Positions 58,119-64,000 of a stretch of DNA of 64,000 nucleotides are shown piece by piece (position 1 is the first letter of the stretch; each line of letters starts with the position of its first letter). Where the stretch lies: the NCBI GenBank assembly GCA_964016885.1, contig OZ024743.1:51522001-51586000 (forward strand), written 5' to 3'. The position numbers and the translations under genes were made by a program. The notes under the pieces were generated by a model. That model was not told where the DNA came from. It did not search any database and saw only the letters and a list, made by a program, of their open reading frames with translations. This stretch comes from Eledone cirrhosa. Taxonomy: Eukaryota.

Positions 58119-58344
58119 GTATGTATTCTTTTATTCTATTAATAGTTTTAGTCATTAGTCTGTGGCCATGCTGGAGTACCACACTTTTTATTGGTTTCAG
58201 TCATTAGACAGTGGCCATCCTGGGGCACCACGTTAAAGACAATCATATCTGCACCATTACTTAATTTTTCATATTTGGTACTAATTTTATTGATCTCTTT
58301 CTTAAACCAGTAACTTACAGGGCATAGGGACACACAGACTCACA

Positions 58345-58610
58345 CACCTGTAAAGTGGTTGCGTATGTGTCATGACAAAAAGCGCCCACTATATAAAGTA
58401 GTCATGTAGGTGTCATGACAAAAAGCAACCAGTTCACACTGTAAATGTGGTTGGCATTAGGAATGGCATCCAGCTGTAGAAATGAAGCCAGAATCAGTTC
58501 TGTATGAGTAAGACATAGTCACCTGACCTGACTGTCTAACTATGGCACTACTCATCTGATCCATGCTAGTGTAGAAAAATGGGCATTTGAGGGTGATGAT
58601 GATGATGATA
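58345..58610 (+). mobile_element. RTE-B 3' UTR-derived short element
   Basis: Module plus (GAT)n tail. Further copies at about 62228-62442 and 62470-62602. Confidence 0.75.
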
Positions 58611-59057
58611 TTCAGGCTTTCTGCAACTTCTATCTACCAAATTTCACTCACAATACATTGGCCAAACCGAGGTTATAGTATACTCTTGCACAAGGTGCTG
58701 CACACTGTGACTGAACCTAAAACCATGTGGTTGTGAAGCAAACTCCTTAACAGCTATGGCATATTTAAACATCATAGTGAAACAATGTGACTGCTTGAAT
58801 GATCAGTGTTGTTTAATTTCAGATCAGCCTTGATCCAGCTCACCTCCCATCATCTTTGGTTGTTTCAGATATAGTGTACCTAGGACTACAGTATCCTGTG
58901 TGTCTTTTATTTCTTTTTAAGATAGTAGTATGAAATTTGAGGAAGATTTGGCTGCTATTTATAGCAGGTTGAGCAATCACAAAGATTTGCTCACTGTTGA
59001 CTGTTAAAATGAATGAATGAAAGAAATAATGTATTTCTGTAATGTGTATTGTTTCAG

Positions 59058-59164
59058 TCCTGATGTTTGGTTCAATATCAGTGTATTGGGAGGGCTTCAA
59101 GTTATGGAGATGCCATTACTAAAAACTTGGATTCACACCCACGTCAAAGAAGGAATCACCAAAG
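59058..59164 (+). CDS. Host gene exon D: SMP domain C-terminal part
   Basis: Acceptor gtttcag, donor GTTAGT, phase 2/1. Reads PDVWFNISVLGGLQVMEMPLLKTWIHTHVKEGITK. Confidence 0.85.
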
Positions 59165-59287
59165 GTTAGTACTGTCTGTGACATCTCTCACAGTTTCTTA
59201 ATCTTTCATTATCATATTTCTAATGAAAGACACTGCCTATGACTTGCAAGTCATTTTGAATAAATAAAATCAAGAATTTTGAGATCA

Positions 59288-59486
59288 GTTGTTAGCTGCC
59301 AGGACACTGCATCCTTTAAAACCTTCTGAAATTCGCCAACACTACACCTGATATCCCCCTCCATACACATGCACATCATGACTCATACACTGTTCACTTT
59401 CCTGACATTTGTACATTATTCTATGTACTATACATGCACCTTTGATAAGTTGTAGTGCACCTGAGCACTGTACACAGTAATTTCAT
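59288..59486 (+). mobile_element. CR1-type LINE 3' UTR fragment
   Basis: Reverse complement of about 2195-2460. Confidence 0.8.
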
Positions 59487-59873
59487 GGCTTAATGGTTAG
59501 AGCATTGGCCTTGCAATCGAAAGGTTGTGAGTTCAATTCTCGGACTGGGTGATGTGTTGTTTCCTTGAGCAAGACACTTTATTTCACATTGCTCCAGTTT
59601 ACTCAGCTGTAGAAATGAGATGATAGGGACTGGGTCCCTATCATTCCACTGCAAACTGGTCGTGGAGGTGCCATGACAAAAAAGCACCCAGCACTCACTG
59701 TAAATGAGGTTGGTGTTAGGAAGGGCATTCAGCTGTAGAAATCAAGCCAGAATCAGTTCCCGTATGAGCAAGATATGATCAGCCGACCAGACACTGCCCA
59801 CAACAGGACAACCTGTCTAACCCATGCTAGCGTGGAAGAACGGACGTAAAACGGTGATGGTGATGATGATGAT
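59485..59873 (+). mobile_element. Composite tRNA/CORE SINE with RTE-B 3' UTR
   Basis: Head nearly identical to the 49351 copy; 3' half nearly identical to 39200-39460. Confidence 0.88.
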
Positions 59874-60476
59874 AACTAACTTTCTCATGATTTAGCAGAA
59901 AATATTTAAAAGCAGGTTTGCTAATTTACAGTATCTTTACTGTATCTTCACAGTTCATTGTGAAATCTTTCAGTATTATACTATTATACTAAATATAGTA
60001 TTATACTAAATACTTTGTAATGCAGTCATAGTTGTTTTGTATTTTACAAGGATGTTTTGGTTATGTGATTTAATGTGGTACAAAATGTTAAGAGTTAAGC
60101 TGGGGTTTATAAAATAATAAAGGTTGTTTATACAATTATGCTGAAAGGTTTTCAGATAAATATAAACACTTTAATCATTTTATTACAATATTTCTAATGA
60201 GAGACATTACCTTTATGTCTCAAATAATTTTGAAAATAATAAAAAGTTTTGAAGGATTTATTTATATAAATAACTTTCTCATTATTAAGCTGGTGTTTGG
60301 AACTTACAGGTACTTACATAAAATGATAATGGAAAGATTTTAGATAAACATAAGCACTTTAAAACAATTTTGTATCATTAAACCTGAGGAGGTTTTAAGG
60401 TGATTCGGAATCAAAAGGGTTAGTATCTTGTTTCTTCCTCAGCCCCAGTCCTGAATCTTGCATTCCTTTTTTTCAG

Positions 60477-60563
60477 CCCTGGTTGATCCAGCAAAGCTGG
60501 ACGTTAGTCTTGCCTCTGTTGGACCAGTCCAAGCTCAACGTTCCATGGCCAAACGACAATGTG
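60477..60563 (+). CDS. Host gene exon E: end of SMP domain and linker
   Basis: Acceptor tttttttcag, donor GTAAGT, phase 1/1. Reads (A)LVDPAKLDVSLASVGPVQAQRSMAKRQC. Confidence 0.8.
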
Positions 60564-61376
60564 GTAAGTTTCTCATATTCTACCTCCACAGTATTTAATT
60601 CCTTTCTCCCATCACCATTCTACCCATTTCATTACAGTGGTGGTTACAACAACGACAAAAGTATGGAAGGTAAAGTTAACCACTGCAAGATAATCAGAAT
60701 ATAAAGACTCATAACTAAATACAAGATATTTTCTGTGGAGCTCTAACAATTCTACCAATCTACCATCTTCCAAATCATTTAACACCTGTTCCTCCATACT
60801 CGCAAGGTTGGATCATCACAAACTACATCAGTACTTAATTGGAACCACTGACTAATCAGAGAGACTGGGGGGTCTACATCTTGCTTACATACATTCCAGC
60901 ATTTTACAGAGTGTACTGGGTGTATTTTATCATTACACTAGCACTACTGTTTTACCGAATGTACTGAGTGTATTTATCAATTCCACTAAAAACTACCTCC
61001 CTTACTAAACTTTCCATTGTATTTATTTTAGATAAGAGACTTTGGGTATCCTCGGTTCTCACACTACCATTTTCATTCATATGTAAGAGCTTTTTATAAA
61101 TGTGTTTTAACAGCTTGCTTCTCTTTCATCAATTTTTTCGAAAATAATATATATATATATACACACATATATATACAGAGAGAGAAAGAGAGATAATGCC
61201 ATCCAGCAAAAGGTTTAGACTTTGCTCCTTCTCCATTTCTCTTAATTTGTATTCTGTGTTGTTGTCATTATGATATTGTAAACAAAATATTTAATTTCAT
61301 ATTTAAATCAATAAATGAACAATTGACGAACTGATTCTGTTTGAAATGTTATTCTGTCTTATTTCTTTGTTTCCAG

Positions 61377-61427
61377 CACAAGGTGTTCTCACCTTACATA
61401 TAAAAGGTTATCCCAAACCTAATGTAG
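61377..61427 (+). CDS. Host gene exon F: probable start of first C2 domain
   Basis: Acceptor tttccag, donor GTAAGT, phase 1/1. Reads (A)QGVLTLHIKGYPKPNV; 'GVL.l.i' is typical of the first C2 strand after an SMP domain. Confidence 0.75.
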
Positions 61428-61553
61428 GTAAGTATAAATTCAACTCACTTTCCTCAGTTATAGACATAAAAACACACACACACACACACCTCACGCAGGG
61501 AGAACAGACGTTAAAACGACGACGATGATGATATATATATATATATATATATA

Positions 61554-61770
61554 TCATCATCATCATTTTATGTCCGCTTTTTCCTGCTTGCAAGGGTGGG
61601 ATGGATCCTATTCAGCACAGCATCTCTCCACTTGTCACGGTCCTTCGTCATCTCCTCGGTGAGTTTCAGCGATCTGAGGTCTGCTCTCACCACCTCCGCC
61701 CATGTTTTTCGTGGTTACCTCTACTGCGTCTTCCTTCTAATGGGATTTCTTGGCACTTCTTTACCCAGCG
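61554..61770 (-). mobile_element. RTE-A 3' end fragment
   Basis: Reverse-complement similarity to 38125-38345. Confidence 0.8.
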
Positions 61771-61985
61771 GTATATATATATATATATATATGTAAAAGG
61801 TAAACAGAAATAACAACACAATCGGTACAGTATATGGAAGGGATATATTAGGTTAACGCTTGATATAGCAGGAAGAGGGTCTTAACGTGTTCGGACACTA
61901 GTCATTCATCAGAAGAAAGAATGAGAAATAAGATAGATTGAGGGGATGGGCGGTTGGAATTGGAAAAAATGTATATATATATATA

Positions 61986-62017
<32 letters not shown>

Positions 62018-62813
62018 CACACACACATATGTATATATATCATCATCATAGTTTAACATCCACCCTTTGCTTCTGCTGGAATCTGCTAGATGGTGCTATG
62101 TCATCAGTTTACAAATTCATAGTTGAAAGCTTTCAAAATGTTTATTCGTAAACATACTGTATATCACTAGATATACAAAATACTCATTCTTATATGTATA
62201 CAGCTATGTTAGAGTGAACACCTTAATTGTAAAGTGGTTGTGTAGGTGACCTGACAAAAAGCACCCAGCACTCGCTGTAAATGAGGTTGGCATTAGGAAG
62301 GGCATCCAGCTGTAGAAACCAAACCAAAATCAGTTCTGTATGAGCAAGACTTGGTCACCTGACCTAGCATTGCACACAACAGGACAACTTGTCTAACCCA
62401 TGCTAGCGTGGAGAAATGGATGTTAAACGGTGATGATGACGATATATATATATGTGTGTGTTTGTATAAAACCAGCCAGAAACACTCCTATATGTGCGAG
62501 ACACAGTCACCCGACCCAACTTGCCTCTAAATGGGACCCGTCTAACCCATGCTAGTTTGGAAGATTGACGTTAATCGATGATGATGATGATGATGATGAT
62601 GATTATATATATATATGTGTATATCATAGAAAAAAGAGAATCAGTGTTGCGAAGAAAGGAATTTATTGGACATATTACAATTGTTTCTCGGGCGACCAGC
62701 TCAAGGCATGATCGATATGGTGATCAAACCTGACTCTGAAATCGAGCGGTCCTCGGATACGTCTATATATGTATACGTCTATATATGTATATGCCTCTTT
62801 GTTTCGGCCGCGG

Positions 62814-64000
62814 ATGGCTAACATAACCCCATCTCCCCCCGCTCCCCACCTTTCCAACCCCCCAAACGCAATCCAAAACTTCAGATTTGGTACCTTGAAT
62901 GTAGGCACCTTAAAGGGTCGCTCTAACGAGGTTGTAGAAATGCTTGAACGTAAGGAGGTCGATGTTTGTTGTATTCAAGAGACCAGGTGGAGGGGTGGAT
63001 CTGCTAGATACATTGTGGGTAGAAAACGATGCTATAAGCTTTTCTGGGTGGGAAACGACAATGGGCTGGGTGGAGTAGGAATCATGGTAGCAGAAAAGTG
63101 GGCAGATAAGATAATAGACGTAAATAGAGTGAACGACAGAATAATTAAAATAAGACTTGTCCTCAATAGAACTACGGTGACAGTAATATCCGCGTACGCA
63201 CCCCAATCCGGACTGCCCAGCACTATAAAAGACAGATTCTATGAGACACTGATGCTCACTACCTCCCAAATAACCGACAGTGACTATATAATTATTGCAG
63301 GCGACCTAAACGGTCACGTTGGACAACATTGTGACGGCTACTACGAAATCCATGGAGGCTATGGGTTTGGTACTAGAAATGAGGAAGGCTCCAGAATCCT
63401 GGAATTCTGCGACGCAAATAACCTAACTATCTGCAACACTAACTTCAAAAAACGAGACAATCACTTGATCACCTACAGATCAGGGGAACATACTAGCCAG
63501 GTAGATTATATCCTTACCAGAAGACGTGACAATGTGACTGTCGTAAACACTAAATCCCTCCCCCATGAAGAATGCACTTCCCAACATAGACTGATAATTA
63601 GCGACCTAATAGTCAGGACGAGACGTACTAGACAACAGAAGAGGACTATCCTCAGGAGAAAAATATGGAAGCTAAAGGACCCCACAGCCAAAAATAAATT
63701 CCAAAGCATATTACTTGATGCTTTCGACAGTGAGGAAGAGAAATTAGAGACGTACAAGGTAGAGGAACAGTGGGAATTCCTGAAAGCAAACCTGCTGACG
63801 GCGGCAGACGAAGTCTGTAGCTGGAGCAGGCCTGTAGGCAGGAGGAGAGTAACATGGTGGTGGAACAGTAAGGTGGAGGGGTCAATTAAGGCCAAAAAGC
63901 AGGCTTGGAAAGTATGGCGGGATGGGGGAAGCAGAGAAGACTATCAAGTGGCCAGGAGGGAAGCTAGGAGACAAGTGTACTTCGCAAGAAGGGAAGCAGA
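62814..64000 (+). CDS. RTE LINE ORF (APE endonuclease onward), open to the window edge
   Basis: ATG at 62814; FGTLNVGTLKGRS...CIQETRW...AYAPQ...GDLNGHVG...QHRLII...VTWWWN. No stop or frameshift found by manual translation. It is absent from the ORF track, presumably because no stop is reached. Confidence 0.9.
   Translation, partial: MANITPSPPAPHLSNPPNAIQNFRFGTLNVGTLKGRSNEVVEMLERKEVDVCCIQETRWRGGSARYIVGRKRCYKLFWVGNDNGLGGVGIMVAEKWADKIIDVNRVNDRIIKIRLVLNRTTVTVISAYAPQSGLPSTIKDRFYETLMLTTSQITDSDYIIIAGDLNGHVGQHCDGYYEIHGGYGFGTRNEEGSRILEFCDANNLTICNTNFKKRDNHLITYRSGEHTSQVDYILTRRRDNVTVVNTKSLPHEECTSQHRLIISDLIVRTRRTRQQKRTILRRKIWKLKDPTAKNKFQSILLDAFDSEEEKLETYKVEEQWEFLKANLLTAADEVCSWSRPVGRRRVTWWWNSKVEGSIKAKKQAWKVWRDGGSREDYQVARREARRQVYFARREA

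Noticed and set aside
60443-60476. Alternative upstream acceptor for exon E
   Set aside because: It adds 34 nt, shifts the frame relative to exon D and meets a stop. The 60477 acceptor gives the expected 'LVDP' SMP ending.

Overview
Eukaryotic, AT-rich, repeat-dense animal DNA. The SINE/LINE repertoire looks like an octopus-type cephalopod, which is inference. The window lies inside a + strand host gene: six exons (8467-8552, 50133-50373, 57996-58118, 59058-59164, 60477-60563, 61377-61427) splice in frame to an SMP lipid-transfer domain and the start of a C2 domain (extended-synaptotagmin/tricalbin-like). The 41.6-kb intron and its neighbours contain a complete Mag-type Gypsy LTR element, two DD37D (maT) transposons, one CR1-type and many RTE LINE copies, tRNA-derived SINEs, MITEs, about 11 kb of (TA)n, and a 6.8-kb 17-bp satellite. 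The most notable signal is a small ORF-less inverted-repeat element family carrying type-I hammerhead ribozymes with a U3-A8 core variant and a long stem II, supported by covariation between two diverged copies. Several other Penelope-type hammerhead relics are also present. Other signals are a satellite that expanded inside a piggyBac-like MITE whose unexpanded sibling is in the same window, and unusual PBS/LTR duplications in the Gypsy element. All calls were read by eye; no searches or folding programs were run.
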